Part shown: in pieces, positions 1 through 10,706 of the stretch
Position numbering within the stretch: position 1 is the first letter of the stretch
Layout: the number at the start of each line of letters is the position of its first letter
Assembly (NCBI GenBank): GCA_041687695.1
Contig: JAWLBL010000009.1
Coordinates: 107,634 to 171,633, forward strand
Direction: 5' to 3'
Length of the DNA stretch: 64,000 nucleotides
Origin: Myxococcota bacterium
Lineage (GTDB): Bacteria > Myxococcota_A > UBA9042 > PHBI01 > JAWLBL01
Notes under the pieces: model-generated
The model's database searches: none
Told to the model about the DNA's origin: nothing
What the model saw: only the letters and a program-made list of their open reading frames with translations
Position numbers and translations under genes: made by a program

Positions 1-1
1 C

Positions 2-829
2 GCGCCCGCCTTCCTCGCCGACCCGGCCGAGCCCTTCGCCCACCACGTCCACCGGCTCGCCCGCGGCGGCCACGGCGCCCCGATCAGCCGCGGCTACGTC
101 CGCGAGGACAACGCCCTGCGCAAGGCCGCCGGCAAGGCCTGGGCGCGGCCGCCGGAGGTCACGCTCGGGCCCGACGACTCCGTCGAGGCGGCCCTGACGC
201 GGTCCGAGTGTCCGCCCGACGACGCCGAGTGGTTCCACCATCGCTGGGACCTCGGCGAGGGCCCCTCCGTGGCCGCCCACGCCGAACGCATCGCGGCCGA
301 GGCCAACGCCTTCGAGGCCGCGAGGCCCCTGCTGCCCGGCGTCCCCGTCCGCGTGCGGGTCAGCGTGGCCCTGACGGGCGCGCCGACCATGGCGGGCGAC
401 GGCGCGGTGGCCGCGGTGGCCCCGGGGACCCACGGCTGGCTCGTGGCGCTGGCCTCGATCGGCGCCCAGCTGGCGCGCACCACGCCGCTGAGCGCGCTGA
501 CGCGCGCCGATCGACAGCTGGTGTGGCTCAACACGGCGGCCTCGGCCCTGCTCCGGCTGCCTGGCTTCGAGCCCTGGATCGAGCCCCTGCTCGCCGCGGT
601 CGGACCGACGCTGATGGCGCCCGTCGGGGCCGAGGAGGGCTACGCGGCCCGCCTCGACGCGCTGGTCGGCCCCGTCCTCGAGCAGCCGGTCGGCGAGCTG
701 CAGCGGATGCAGAAGGGCCTGACCAAGCGTCGCCTCGACCGCCTGCATCGCGCCTGGCTGCGCGACTTCTTCGTGCCGCGCGGCGTCGACCTGACGGCCT
801 GGATCGACGGCCGCGTCAAGCCTGGGTGA
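2..829 (+). CDS. hypothetical protein (5' end outside window)
   Basis: Frame is open from base 2 to TGA 829 with strong GC3 codon bias; no recognised motif. Confidence 0.6.
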   Translation, partial: APAFLADPAEPFAHHVHRLARGGHGAPISRGYVREDNALRKAAGKAWARPPEVTLGPDDSVEAALTRSECPPDDAEWFHHRWDLGEGPSVAAHAERIAAEANAFEAARPLLPGVPVRVRVSVALTGAPTMAGDGAVAAVAPGTHGWLVALASIGAQLARTTPLSALTRADRQLVWLNTAASALLRLPGFEPWIEPLLAAVGPTLMAPVGAEEGYAARLDALVGPVLEQPVGELQRMQKGLTKRRLDRLHRAWLRDFFVPRGVDLTAWIDGRVKPG

Positions 830-919
830 CCTTTTCCGCTCGGGACCTTTTGGACACCGGTCCGGCGCGCGTGTATACGTCCCGGACGATCTCGGTAAGC
901 GGTGTTCAGGAGGGGGCCG

Positions 920-2626
<1,707 letters not shown>

Positions 2627-2639
2627 ACCTGACGACCCC

Positions 2640-2678
2640 GAGCGGGCGCCGCGGCTCTGACGGTCGCCGCGCCCGCTT
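2640..2678 (+). terminator. probable intrinsic terminator hairpin
   Basis: AGCGGGCGC...GCGCCCGCT inverted repeat just after the OmpA stop, followed by a T-rich run. Confidence 0.5.
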
Positions 2679-2734
2679 CGATTTCCGGGTCCACCCGCCG
2701 TGGCGGGTGCATGGCCCCTTCACAGGAGCAAGGG

Positions 2735-3361
2735 ATGGGTGCGCTTTCCGGTAGCGTGACCGCCGCGGCCTATTACGTCGGTGGCGAGCTGCCGTCGGAC
2801 TTCCGCGATCGCTACGTCTCCGCCCTCAACGGGCGGAAGTTCCGCGAGATCGATCTCAACAGCGACGACGACGAGAGCCTCGGCTGGGTCAGCATCAACG
2901 ATCCGTTCGATAACGAGTTCCACCTCGACAAGGTCCTGGTGGGCGACTACCTGATGGCCTCCATCCGGCAGGACACGATCCGCATCCCCGCCGCGGCCTT
3001 CAAGCTGCACCTGCGCAAGGCGATCATCGAGTACTGCAAGGAGACCGGGCGCGAGAAGGTCACCAAGGCCGAGGAGGAGGAGCTGCGCGACACGCTCGAG
3101 AAGCAGCTGCGCAAGCGCGTCCTGCCCTCCATCCGCACCTTCGACATGACCTGGAACATCCAGCGCGGCAAGCTCTGGCTCTGGACGACCAACAAGCGCA
3201 CCAACGAGGTCTTCCAGGAGCTGTTCCAGGACACCTTCGAGCTGCCGCTCATCCCCAAGACGCCGTACGCCCAGCTCGAGCGCATGGATCTGGGCGAGGA
3301 CGTCCTCGACCGCGCCGTGGTCATCGAGCCCGCGGCCCTCGCCCTGCCCCGCCGCCGCTAG
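2735..3361 (+). CDS. RdgC-like recombination-associated protein
   Basis: ESLGWVS...R.D..RIP...LRKRVLPSIR...WLWTT...ELFQDTF pattern resembles the N-half of RdgC; AGGAG RBS. Confidence 0.65.
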   Translation: MGALSGSVTAAAYYVGGELPSDFRDRYVSALNGRKFREIDLNSDDDESLGWVSINDPFDNEFHLDKVLVGDYLMASIRQDTIRIPAAAFKLHLRKAIIEYCKETGREKVTKAEEEELRDTLEKQLRKRVLPSIRTFDMTWNIQRGKLWLWTTNKRTNEVFQELFQDTFELPLIPKTPYAQLERMDLGEDVLDRAVVIEPAALALPRRR

Positions 3362-3370
3362 GAGACGCGC

Positions 3371-3943
3371 ATGGACATCCTCAGCCGCATCAACCATACG
3401 CGCTTCCTCGGCCGCGAGTTCCTGACCTGGCTCTGGTTCCGCTCGGAGCGCCAGGAGGGCCTGTTCAAGCGGGGCCCGGACGCCTTCGTCGAGGTCTGGT
3501 TCGACGCCAAGCTGGTCCTCGAGGCCCAGGGCGACATCAAGGAACAGAACGTCATCAAGTCCGAAAACCCCACCGAGACCGAGGAGGCCCGCGCCTCGCT
3601 GCAGACCGGCAAGCAGGTGAAGGAGGCGCGCCTGCGCATCATCGCCGACCAGAAGCAGTGGACGCTGACCTTCAAGGGCGAGGACTACCAGATCTCGGGC
3701 CTCAAGCTGCCCGCCCTGCTCAGCCAGGACGACGACGAGCAGCTCTTCGAGCGCTTCTACCTGCTCGAGGAGCTCGAGGACATCATCGACGACCTGTTCA
3801 CCGGGTTCGTCACCCTGCGCCTCGACGACGACGCTTGGCGCGCCGAGGTCGACGAGCTGCGCGCGTGGGTCGCCCAGGAGGAGGGCGACGGCGACGACGC
3901 CCCGACGCTGTCCCGCAGCGCGCGCGCCAAGGCCCTGGCCTGA
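3371..3943 (+). CDS. conserved protein, RdgC C-half-like partner
   Basis: FLGREFLTWLWF and EARASLQTGKQVKEARL motifs; 9 nt downstream of the previous gene. Confidence 0.55.
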   Translation: MDILSRINHTRFLGREFLTWLWFRSERQEGLFKRGPDAFVEVWFDAKLVLEAQGDIKEQNVIKSENPTETEEARASLQTGKQVKEARLRIIADQKQWTLTFKGEDYQISGLKLPALLSQDDDEQLFERFYLLEELEDIIDDLFTGFVTLRLDDDAWRAEVDELRAWVAQEEGDGDDAPTLSRSARAKALA

Positions 3944-3967
3944 CGGCCCGCGCTCGACACGACCGCT

Positions 3968-3999
3968 GACGGAGGGGAGCCATCGCGCTCCCCTTCGTC
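3968..3999 (+). terminator. hairpin / terminator
   Basis: GACGGAGGGGAGC-catcgc-GCTCCCCTTCGTC 13-bp stem followed by GTTT. Confidence 0.65.
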
Positions 4000-4039
4000 G
4001 TTTCCAACGGCGGATGCGCGTGTCACGGGCCCGGTCGCT

Positions 4040-4182
4040 GGCCGCGCGTCCCAAGCTTGATCAGTGGTCGCCAGGCGCTGACCCCTCCGGGGTTACCCCG
4101 GGGTGCCCTTCAGGCGCCGCATGCGTCGTGGGCGCGGCCACATCGCCGAGGCGATGGACGGTCGCCACGGGACGCGACGGTT
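4040..4182 (+). ncRNA. candidate retron msr-msd RNA
   Basis: CGCGTCCC (4045-4052) pairs with GGGACGCG (4169-4176) as a2/a1; AAG follows a2 (candidate branch G at 4055); internal hairpins at 4085-4103 and 4141-4156; lies directly upstream of an RT remnant. Confidence 0.4.
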
Positions 4183-4209
4183 GGGGCGCGCGCCCGCCCC
4201 ACAACCGTG

Positions 4210-4436
4210 TTCCTGGCCGGCGTCGTCAACCAGCGCCCCATCCTGCCGCGCGCCGAGCTCGACGCCTCGAAGCCACGCTCTTCGACTGCGTGCGCTACGG
4301 CCCGGCCACCCAGAACCGCGACGGCCAGCCCGACCTCCGCGCCCAACTGCTGGGCCGCGTCGCCTGGGTCACCCACGTCGACCCCGCCCGCGGCGCTCGC
4401 CTCCGCGTCCTGTTCGATGGCGTCCCCTGGCCCTGA
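4210..4436 (+). pseudogene. C-terminal remnant of a retron-type reverse transcriptase
   Basis: LAGVVNQRPILPRAELD / 1-nt frameshift near 4264 / RLEATLFDCVRYGPATQNRDGQPDLRAQLLGRVAWVTHVDPARGARLRVLF resembles the thumb region of myxobacterial and actinobacterial retron RTs; no YADD core present. Confidence 0.65.
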
Positions 4437-4438
4437 AC

Positions 4439-4476
4439 GACGAAGGGGAGCCCCCTGCAGGAGGCTCCCCTTCGTC
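4439..4476. terminator. bidirectional hairpin / terminator
   Basis: GACGAAGGGGAGCC-10 nt-GGCTCCCCTTCGTC perfect 14-bp stem between convergent ORFs. Confidence 0.7.
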
Positions 4477-4497
4477 ATCGGAGTCTCGGGCCGAGTC

Positions 4498-6498
4498 CTA
4501 CTCGAGCCGGGTCGCCCAGAAGGTCGCGTCGATGGTGGTCGTCGCGCCGAAGAGCTTGAGGTCGACCTCCCAGGTGCAGGGCTTCGCGATGGTCCCGAAG
4601 TTGTCGACCTTCATGTCGTTGTCGACGTCGTAGAACTTGCAGGTCTCGGCCGTGCCGATCTTGAAGGCGTCGCCGGTCGAGGTGTCGAGCCCCTCGAGCT
4701 GGTCGCGCAGGAAGTCGGCGCCGAAGCTCACCAGCGCGTCGCACATGCCGGTCACGACGCTCTCGCCGATGTTGCCCGCCTTGGAGGCGATGTCCTTGCC
4801 GAACTTGGCGCAGCAGGTCATCCCGAAGCTGGGGTCGAGGCACTCCTTGCCGGCGACCAGGCTCTGGATGAGCTCCTCGTAGGTGTCGATGACCGGAAGG
4901 CCGTCCGTGCCGTCACCGGCGAGCAGCGGCAGCAGCTGCTTCTCGATGATGTAGTTGAGCAGCGCGCCGTAGCTGAGGTTCAGCGCGTGCTTGTCGATGG
5001 TGAGGTCCCAGGTGTTCTCGACCCGGGCCGAGAACTTGCCCTGCACCGGGTTCTGCTGGATGGACTCGAGCGAGAACTGCATCAGGCCGCAGGACGGGTC
5101 GAAGCCCGGGTCGCAGTTCGCGTTGAGGCTCCACTTCACGTAGACCGTGTGCCAGCTCTCGGCGGTCTGCTCCTCGGTCCAGTAGCCCTCGGCGTCCGGC
5201 TCGGCCGCGAAGGTGACGTAGGCGTCGATCTGGAAGTGCTTGAGCATCTGGGAGATGTCGGCGCCCGAGTTCAGGACGTCGCCCCAGATGGTGTCCTCGG
5301 ACAGCCCGGCGATGATCGCCTTGAGGATGTCGGTGGCGATCTTGCCGGTCGAGGTCATGTCGTTGATGTTCGGGTTGGCGACGTCGTTGAAGACCAGCCC
5401 GCAGAGGTCGTCCAGGGCGCCGACGCCGAACTCGTTGCCGGCCATGCAGCCCAGGACCAGGATCTGGCCGACGGGATCCTCGAAGAAGTCGAGGACGCCG
5501 TAGACCCACGGCTTGACGCTGTCCGGCAGCGCGCTGACGAAGTCGAAGTGGCTGGTGACCGTGTAGGTGCCGGCGTACAGCGGCGGGCGGTCTTCGAGCT
5601 GGACGGTGATGGTCTTGGGGATGCCCCACTGCACGGAGCCGGCCGCGTCGGAGCAGCCCCACGCGATGATGGCCTGCTGCGGGTTCTTGGCCGTGACGTA
5701 GACCGTGTAGTCCTGGGTCCCGTCGGACTCGAGCCCCTCGAGCTCGGGGATCTTCCAGGTCTGGGCGATGTTGGTGATCGGGCTCTGCAGCGACGCCGTG
5801 CCCTTGAAGCCGTCGGTCAGCACCTCGGTGCAGGGGTAGGGCTTCTGCGCCGTCTGCCGGTACAGGTAGGCCTGGTAGGTGGTGACCGGCCGGCTGCCCG
5901 AGTACTTGCTGGCGATGGTCAGCGGCACCTGCCCCTTGGGGCTGACCACGACGTCGAAGTACAGCGGCGGGATCTCGGAGTTGTCGACGTAGGCCCGGAC
6001 CGCGAACTGCCCCGGCTTGGCGGCGCCCGGGCTGGTCTCGACGGCGGCGACGCCCTGCTCGTCGGTGTAGGCGGACAGCGACGAGATGGACCCGATGCCG
6101 GTCTCGCTCTCGTTTTCGACCTTGAACTTCACCAGCTGGCCGGCGACGGCGTCGCCGTCCTCGGTGTAGACCACCTTCAGGGTGCGGTCGCTGGCGTAGC
6201 TGAGGACGATGGTGCAGTGGGTGACGCCCTGGCAGGTGACGTTGTCGTCGCCCACGGCCAGGTCGAACTTCAGCGCGCGCACGGCGTTGGGGTTGGTCGG
6301 GACGTCCGGCGTCTCGGTGACGTCGGGGCCCAGATCCTCGGTCTTGGTGTCCGCGACCGGGACGTCGCCCGTGACGTCGGGGAAGCCCGCGCCGATGTCG
6401 GTCACCGTCTGGTGTTTGATCTCGTCCCCGCAGGCCTGGAGGGCGATCGCGCCGACCAGCGCGCAAGCGAGCGCGGCGTTCTTGAACAGCTTCATCAT
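4498..6498 (-). CDS. large Cys-rich lipoprotein with Ig-like N-terminal region
   Basis: Lipobox LQAC after MMKLFK and a hydrophobic stretch; many Cys; strong codon bias. Confidence 0.75.
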   Translation of the reverse strand: MMKLFKNAALACALVGAIALQACGDEIKHQTVTDIGAGFPDVTGDVPVADTKTEDLGPDVTETPDVPTNPNAVRALKFDLAVGDDNVTCQGVTHCTIVLSYASDRTLKVVYTEDGDAVAGQLVKFKVENESETGIGSISSLSAYTDEQGVAAVETSPGAAKPGQFAVRAYVDNSEIPPLYFDVVVSPKGQVPLTIASKYSGSRPVTTYQAYLYRQTAQKPYPCTEVLTDGFKGTASLQSPITNIAQTWKIPELEGLESDGTQDYTVYVTAKNPQQAIIAWGCSDAAGSVQWGIPKTITVQLEDRPPLYAGTYTVTSHFDFVSALPDSVKPWVYGVLDFFEDPVGQILVLGCMAGNEFGVGALDDLCGLVFNDVANPNINDMTSTGKIATDILKAIIAGLSEDTIWGDVLNSGADISQMLKHFQIDAYVTFAAEPDAEGYWTEEQTAESWHTVYVKWSLNANCDPGFDPSCGLMQFSLESIQQNPVQGKFSARVENTWDLTIDKHALNLSYGALLNYIIEKQLLPLLAGDGTDGLPVIDTYEELIQSLVAGKECLDPSFGMTCCAKFGKDIASKAGNIGESVVTGMCDALVSFGADFLRDQLEGLDTSTGDAFKIGTAETCKFYDVDNDMKVDNFGTIAKPCTWEVDLKLFGATTTIDATFWATRLE

Positions 6499-6612
6499 CG
6501 TCCTCCGGACCGGGTCCCCCAAGAGTGGGCGGAGCCTACCGATCCGGCGTCGACGCTGTCAAGCGAGGCCAGCGGCCCGAATACGCGCAAGGCCAACGTT
6601 TACGCGGGTCTG

Positions 6613-7740
6613 TCAGGGTCCGCCGGCGCCCTCGCCGCGCAGGTACCTCCGGACGTTGGCGTTGTGCTCGTCCAGGGTGCGGGCGAAGACGTGCGCGCCC
6701 GTGCCGTCGCGCATGGCGACGAAGTACAGGAAGTCGTGGCGCTCGGGCCTCAAGACCGCCTCGAGCGCGCCCCGCCCCGGGTTGCAGATGGGCCCGGGCG
6801 GCAGCCCCGCGATCGCGTAGGTGTTGTACGGGTTGCTCGCGTCCCTGCGGTTGTCGGGTCGCGGCGCCTGCCCGAGGCGCTCCGGGTGGTACATCAGCGT
6901 CGGGTCGGTCTGCAGCGGCATGCCCTTGGCGAGCCGGTTGTAGAACACGCCCGCGACGCGCTGCGCCTCGCTGGCGACCCGGACCTCCTTTTCGACCAGC
7001 GACGCCAGGACCAACAGCTCGTGTTCGCTGAGCTGGTAGCGCTCCTGGATGGCCATGAGATCGGCCTTGTGGCGGGTCTTCAGCTCGGTCCAGACCTTGG
7101 AGAAGTGCTCGGTCACGCGGCGCAGCGCCTCGGCCGCGTCGGCGTCGACGTCGAAGAAGTAGGTCTCGGGGAAGAGGTAGCCCTCGAGCCAGGCGACCGG
7201 GACACCGTCGGAGCGCACGAAGCCGGGGTCGAAGACCGGCATCTGCAGCTTGGACACGACGAACTCGGGGTCGGTCGCCAGCTTGAGGACCTGGTCGGCC
7301 TTGCCGAGGCCGACTTGCTCGATGCGGCGCGCGACGTCCCAGACGGAGTCGCCCGGCACGATCATCAGCGACAGGCGGCTGATGGCGGCGGGCCGCTTGA
7401 GGATGTCCGAGACGTCCAGCGTGCTGGACGTGCCCGGGACCTCGTAGATGCCGGGCTTGAGGTCGTCGAAGCCGCCGTCGAGCCGGATGGCCCAGTAGGT
7501 CAGGCGCGGGTGCTCGGCCAGCCCCTTGGCGGCCAGGGCCTCGACGACGTCCTGCCCGTTGGCCCCCCGGGGGACCTGGACCTGGATCACGTCGGGCGAG
7601 TCGCCCAGCGGGCTCGAGATGGCGCTCCACAGGATGCCGACGGCCACCAGCGGCGTCAGGACGATGAGCAGGACGAGCGCCCAGAGCAGGCGATGCCGCT
7701 TGGGCCGGGCCCCCCGTGGGGCGGCGCGCCGGGCGCTCAT
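6613..7740 (-). CDS. mltG: endolytic transglycosylase MltG
   Basis: LEGYLFPETY, LASLVEKE, LQTDPT, PYNTY..GLPPGPICNPG motifs; N-terminal TM helix. Confidence 0.95.
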   Translation of the reverse strand: MSARRAAPRGARPKRHRLLWALVLLIVLTPLVAVGILWSAISSPLGDSPDVIQVQVPRGANGQDVVEALAAKGLAEHPRLTYWAIRLDGGFDDLKPGIYEVPGTSSTLDVSDILKRPAAISRLSLMIVPGDSVWDVARRIEQVGLGKADQVLKLATDPEFVVSKLQMPVFDPGFVRSDGVPVAWLEGYLFPETYFFDVDADAAEALRRVTEHFSKVWTELKTRHKADLMAIQERYQLSEHELLVLASLVEKEVRVASEAQRVAGVFYNRLAKGMPLQTDPTLMYHPERLGQAPRPDNRRDASNPYNTYAIAGLPPGPICNPGRGALEAVLRPERHDFLYFVAMRDGTGAHVFARTLDEHNANVRRYLRGEGAGGP

Positions 7741-8165
7741 CGCGCGGCCCCGCTGTCGAGATAGGCCTGCAGCATCAGGCAGGCGGCGATCATGTCGACC
7801 CGTCCCTTGAGCGGGGCGTTCTTCTTGCGGCCGCCGCGGCCCGTCTCCTTGAGCACCTCCTCGGCCTCGAAGCTGCTGTAGCGCTCGTCCCAGCGCACCA
7901 CCGGCAGGCCGCTGACCTCCTCCAGCTTCCTGGCGTACTTCTCGGCCGTGTCGGCCATGGGGCCGGACGAGCCGTCCTGGGCGTAGGGGATGCCGACCAG
8001 CAGCCGCTCGACCTCGAGGCTGCGGGCCAAATCGACGACGTGGCGGACCTGGCGGCCCTTGTCCTTGTCCGCGAGGACCGAGTGCGGCGAGGCGATGAGG
8101 CCGGTGGGGTCGCTGACGGCGATGCCGATGCGGGCCTCGCCGTAGTCGAGGGCCATGACGCGCAT
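7737..8165 (-). CDS. ruvX: pre-16S rRNA nuclease / YqgF family
   Basis: ALDYGEARIGIAVSD, VGIP, WDERYSS, VDMIAA motifs; adjacent to mltG. Confidence 0.93.
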   Translation of the reverse strand: MRVMALDYGEARIGIAVSDPTGLIASPHSVLADKDKGRQVRHVVDLARSLEVERLLVGIPYAQDGSSGPMADTAEKYARKLEEVSGLPVVRWDERYSSFEAEEVLKETGRGGRKKNAPLKGRVDMIAACLMLQAYLDSGAAR

Positions 8166-8184
8166 GCGGGGGCTCCTGGGAACC

Positions 8185-9240
8185 TCAGAGGTCTAGCGTG
8201 AGCCCCCGGGCCCGGATGGCCAGGAGGTCCATCGAGAGGGCGACGCCGTAGTGGAGCGCGACGCCGAGCCACATCGAGCGGTGCTTGAGGGCGAGGAAGC
8301 CGAGCAGCGAGCCGGCGACGATGGCGCCGAGGGTCTCGGCCAGGGGCTTGCCGAAGTGGGCCGTGACGTAGGGTATCACCATCAGGACGATGCCGTAGAG
8401 GCCGAGGTCCCGCTCGGTCCCGAAGGTCAGCACGCCGCGCCAGAAGCCCTCGCCCGACACGAAGATGAGGAAGTAGAAGGCCTGGTAGACGAGCAGGTGC
8501 TCGAGGGAGATGACGCCGCCGGGCTGGATCATCTCGCGGCACAGCGGGTACTTGGCCTGGAAGGCGGGCGTCTGCGCGACGGCGACCAGGAAGGGCACCA
8601 TCACGAGGAACATCGCGAGGTACAGCGGCCAGATGCGGCGCACCGTGGGCGGGTGCGGGTTGGTCGCTGCGGCAAAGCCCAGGTCGCCGGGGCGCAGGCC
8701 CAGGGCGAAGCGGGCGAACAGGAGCGGCAGCGCGGCCCGGAACAGGAGCGCGCAGACCGAGAAGTACATGAAGGCGTAGATGGGCGAGTAGGGCCCGTCG
8801 TCGTGCAGGTGGACGCGCCACCACTTGTGGTAGGCGTCCATGCGGCCGAAGTACCAGAACAGGGCCAGCAGGACCATCGAGGCCGCGAGCAGGACCCAGG
8901 TCCGGGCGCGGACGCGGCGGAGCGTGCCGAAGCCGTGGAACAGGCCGATGACCGTCAGGGCCGTCGTGAACCCGATGAGCAGGTGGGCGCCCTGCCAGCC
9001 GTCCTCGGCGAGGAAGCCCGCCTTGTAGCGGAGCACGGTCTGGGTCGCGAGCAGCGCGAAGATGAGGAGCACCGGCGCGAGCCGCGCGCGCGGCGCGTCG
9101 GCGGCCATGCCGGGCGTGACCGGGTCGAGCAGGCGCCCGAGCCAGTCGCGGAACGGGTGGCGCGGCGTGGGCGGCGGGGCTCCGGCGAGCGGGCCGTCGG
9201 CGCCGGGCTCAAACGCTGATGGTGCGGAGGTCGTCTGCAA
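8185..9240 (-). CDS. CPBP (Abi/CAAX) family intramembrane glutamic protease
   Basis: Multiple TM helices; EGFWRG, AHFGKP and LH motifs; start codon uncertain. Confidence 0.8.
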   Translation of the reverse strand: MQTTSAPSAFEPGADGPLAGAPPPTPRHPFRDWLGRLLDPVTPGMAADAPRARLAPVLLIFALLATQTVLRYKAGFLAEDGWQGAHLLIGFTTALTVIGLFHGFGTLRRVRARTWVLLAASMVLLALFWYFGRMDAYHKWWRVHLHDDGPYSPIYAFMYFSVCALLFRAALPLLFARFALGLRPGDLGFAAATNPHPPTVRRIWPLYLAMFLVMVPFLVAVAQTPAFQAKYPLCREMIQPGGVISLEHLLVYQAFYFLIFVSGEGFWRGVLTFGTERDLGLYGIVLMVIPYVTAHFGKPLAETLGAIVAGSLLGFLALKHRSMWLGVALHYGVALSMDLLAIRARGLTLDL

Positions 9241-9877
9241 CCTCGAACTCGGCCTCGGTCAGTTGGCGGAGGCCCTCGACGGTCTCGCCGGGGGCGATCT
9301 CCCGCAACACCAGCTTGCGGCCGTCGCCTTCCCCCACGACGTCGAACCAGCCGCGGTCGGTCAACACCGCGTCGACGCAGCGCTTTCCGGTCAGCGGCAG
9401 CCGACACGCGTCGAGCAGCTTGGGCTCTCCGTCCTTGGAGGCGTGCGTCATGATGACGATGACCCGCTTGGCGCCGGCCACCAGATCCATCGCGCCGCCC
9501 ATGCCTTTGACCATCTTGCCGGGGATCATCCAGTTGGCGAGATCCCCCTCACGGCTGACCTCCATCGCGCCCAGGATGGCGAGATCGATGTGGCCGCCGC
9601 GGATCATCGCGAAGGAGTCGGCGCTGGAGAAGAAGGACGAGCCGGGGACGGTGGTCACCGTCTGCTTGCCGGCGTTGATGAGGTCCGGGTCCTCGTCGCC
9701 CTCGACCGGGAAGGGGCCGATGCCGAGCAGCCCGTTCTCGGAGTGGAGGATGACCTCGACGCCTCGGGGGATGTAGTTGGCGACCAGCGTCGGCATGCCG
9801 ATGCCGAGGTTGACGTAGTAGCCATCCTTCAGCTCGCGCGCGACGCGCTGGACCATCTCTTCTCGGGTGAGCGGCAT
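9209..9877 (-). CDS. scoB: 3-oxoacid CoA-transferase subunit B
   Basis: [13 protein letters not shown] active site, GMGGAMDL. Confidence 0.95.
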   Translation of the reverse strand: MPLTREEMVQRVARELKDGYYVNLGIGMPTLVANYIPRGVEVILHSENGLLGIGPFPVEGDEDPDLINAGKQTVTTVPGSSFFSSADSFAMIRGGHIDLAILGAMEVSREGDLANWMIPGKMVKGMGGAMDLVAGAKRVIVIMTHASKDGEPKLLDACRLPLTGKRCVDAVLTDRGWFDVVGEGDGRKLVLREIAPGETVEGLRQLTEAEFEVADDLRTISV

Positions 9878-9910
9878 GGGCGGGCTCCGACGCGGTCAGG
9901 GGGTCGTGGG

Positions 9911-10609
9911 TCAGGCGCGCGGGCGGGTCGTGCGCTGCTCGATGGGCTTTTGGTAGTCCGAGCCCTCGATGATGCGCGCGACGAAGATGCCAGGGGTGTG
10001 GACGCTGTCCGGGTCCAGCTCGCCGGCGGGGACCAGCTCCTCGACCTCGGCGATGGTCACGCGCGCGGCGGTGGCCATCATCGGGTTGAAGTTGCGGGCG
10101 GTCATGCGGAAGACCAGGTTGCCGTGGGTGTCGCCCTTCCAGGCCTTGACGATGGCGAAGTCGGCGGTCAGCGCCCGCTCCATGACGCAGGGCACGCCGT
10201 CGAACTCGGCCGTCGGCTTGCCCTCGGCGACCACGGTCCCGTACCCCGTCGGCGTGAAGAAGGCGGGGATGCCGGCGCCGCCCGCGCGGATGCGCTCGGC
10301 GAGCGTCCCCTGCGGGCACAGCTCGACCTCGAGCTCGCCCGACAGGTACTGGCGCTCGAAGGTCTTGTTCTCGCCCACGTAGCTGGAGATCATCTTACGG
10401 ATCTGCCGGTTCTGCAGCAGGATCCCGAGCCCCACGCCGTCTACGCCGCAGTTGTTCGAGATGACCGTGAGGTCCTTGACGCCGCGCTCGGCGATGGCCG
10501 CGATGAGGTTCTCGGGGTTGCCGCACAGGCCGAACCCGCCGCTCATCACGGTCGCGCCGTCGGTGAGGTCGAACAGCGCCTCGCGGGCGCTCCCAAACAC
10601 CTTGTTCAC
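9911..10609 (-). CDS. scoA: 3-oxoacid CoA-transferase subunit A
   Basis: [32 protein letters not shown]. Confidence 0.95.
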   Translation of the reverse strand: MNKVFGSAREALFDLTDGATVMSGGFGLCGNPENLIAAIAERGVKDLTVISNNCGVDGVGLGILLQNRQIRKMISSYVGENKTFERQYLSGELEVELCPQGTLAERIRAGGAGIPAFFTPTGYGTVVAEGKPTAEFDGVPCVMERALTADFAIVKAWKGDTHGNLVFRMTARNFNPMMATAARVTIAEVEELVPAGELDPDSVHTPGIFVARIIEGSDYQKPIEQRTTRPRA

Positions 10610-10706
10610 GTCGGCCTCCGAATGGGTCGTGGGACCCGCGTACTAACACGCTCGCCGCGCGCGTCAACCCGGATGCCGTCGGCGCTCGTGGCGGCGCGGA
10701 GCCCGC

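Noticed and set aside
4090..4110. GLPRGA resembling the RT LPQGA motif
   Set aside because: Coincides with an RNA hairpin, lacks the following P.SP and YADD motifs, and is too close to the thumb region; probably chance
4057..7764. 1235-aa plus-strand ORF, and similar long ORFs such as 12505-16311, 52031-55000 and 58324-61032
   Set aside because: Antisense shadows of real genes, caused by high GC and codon bias
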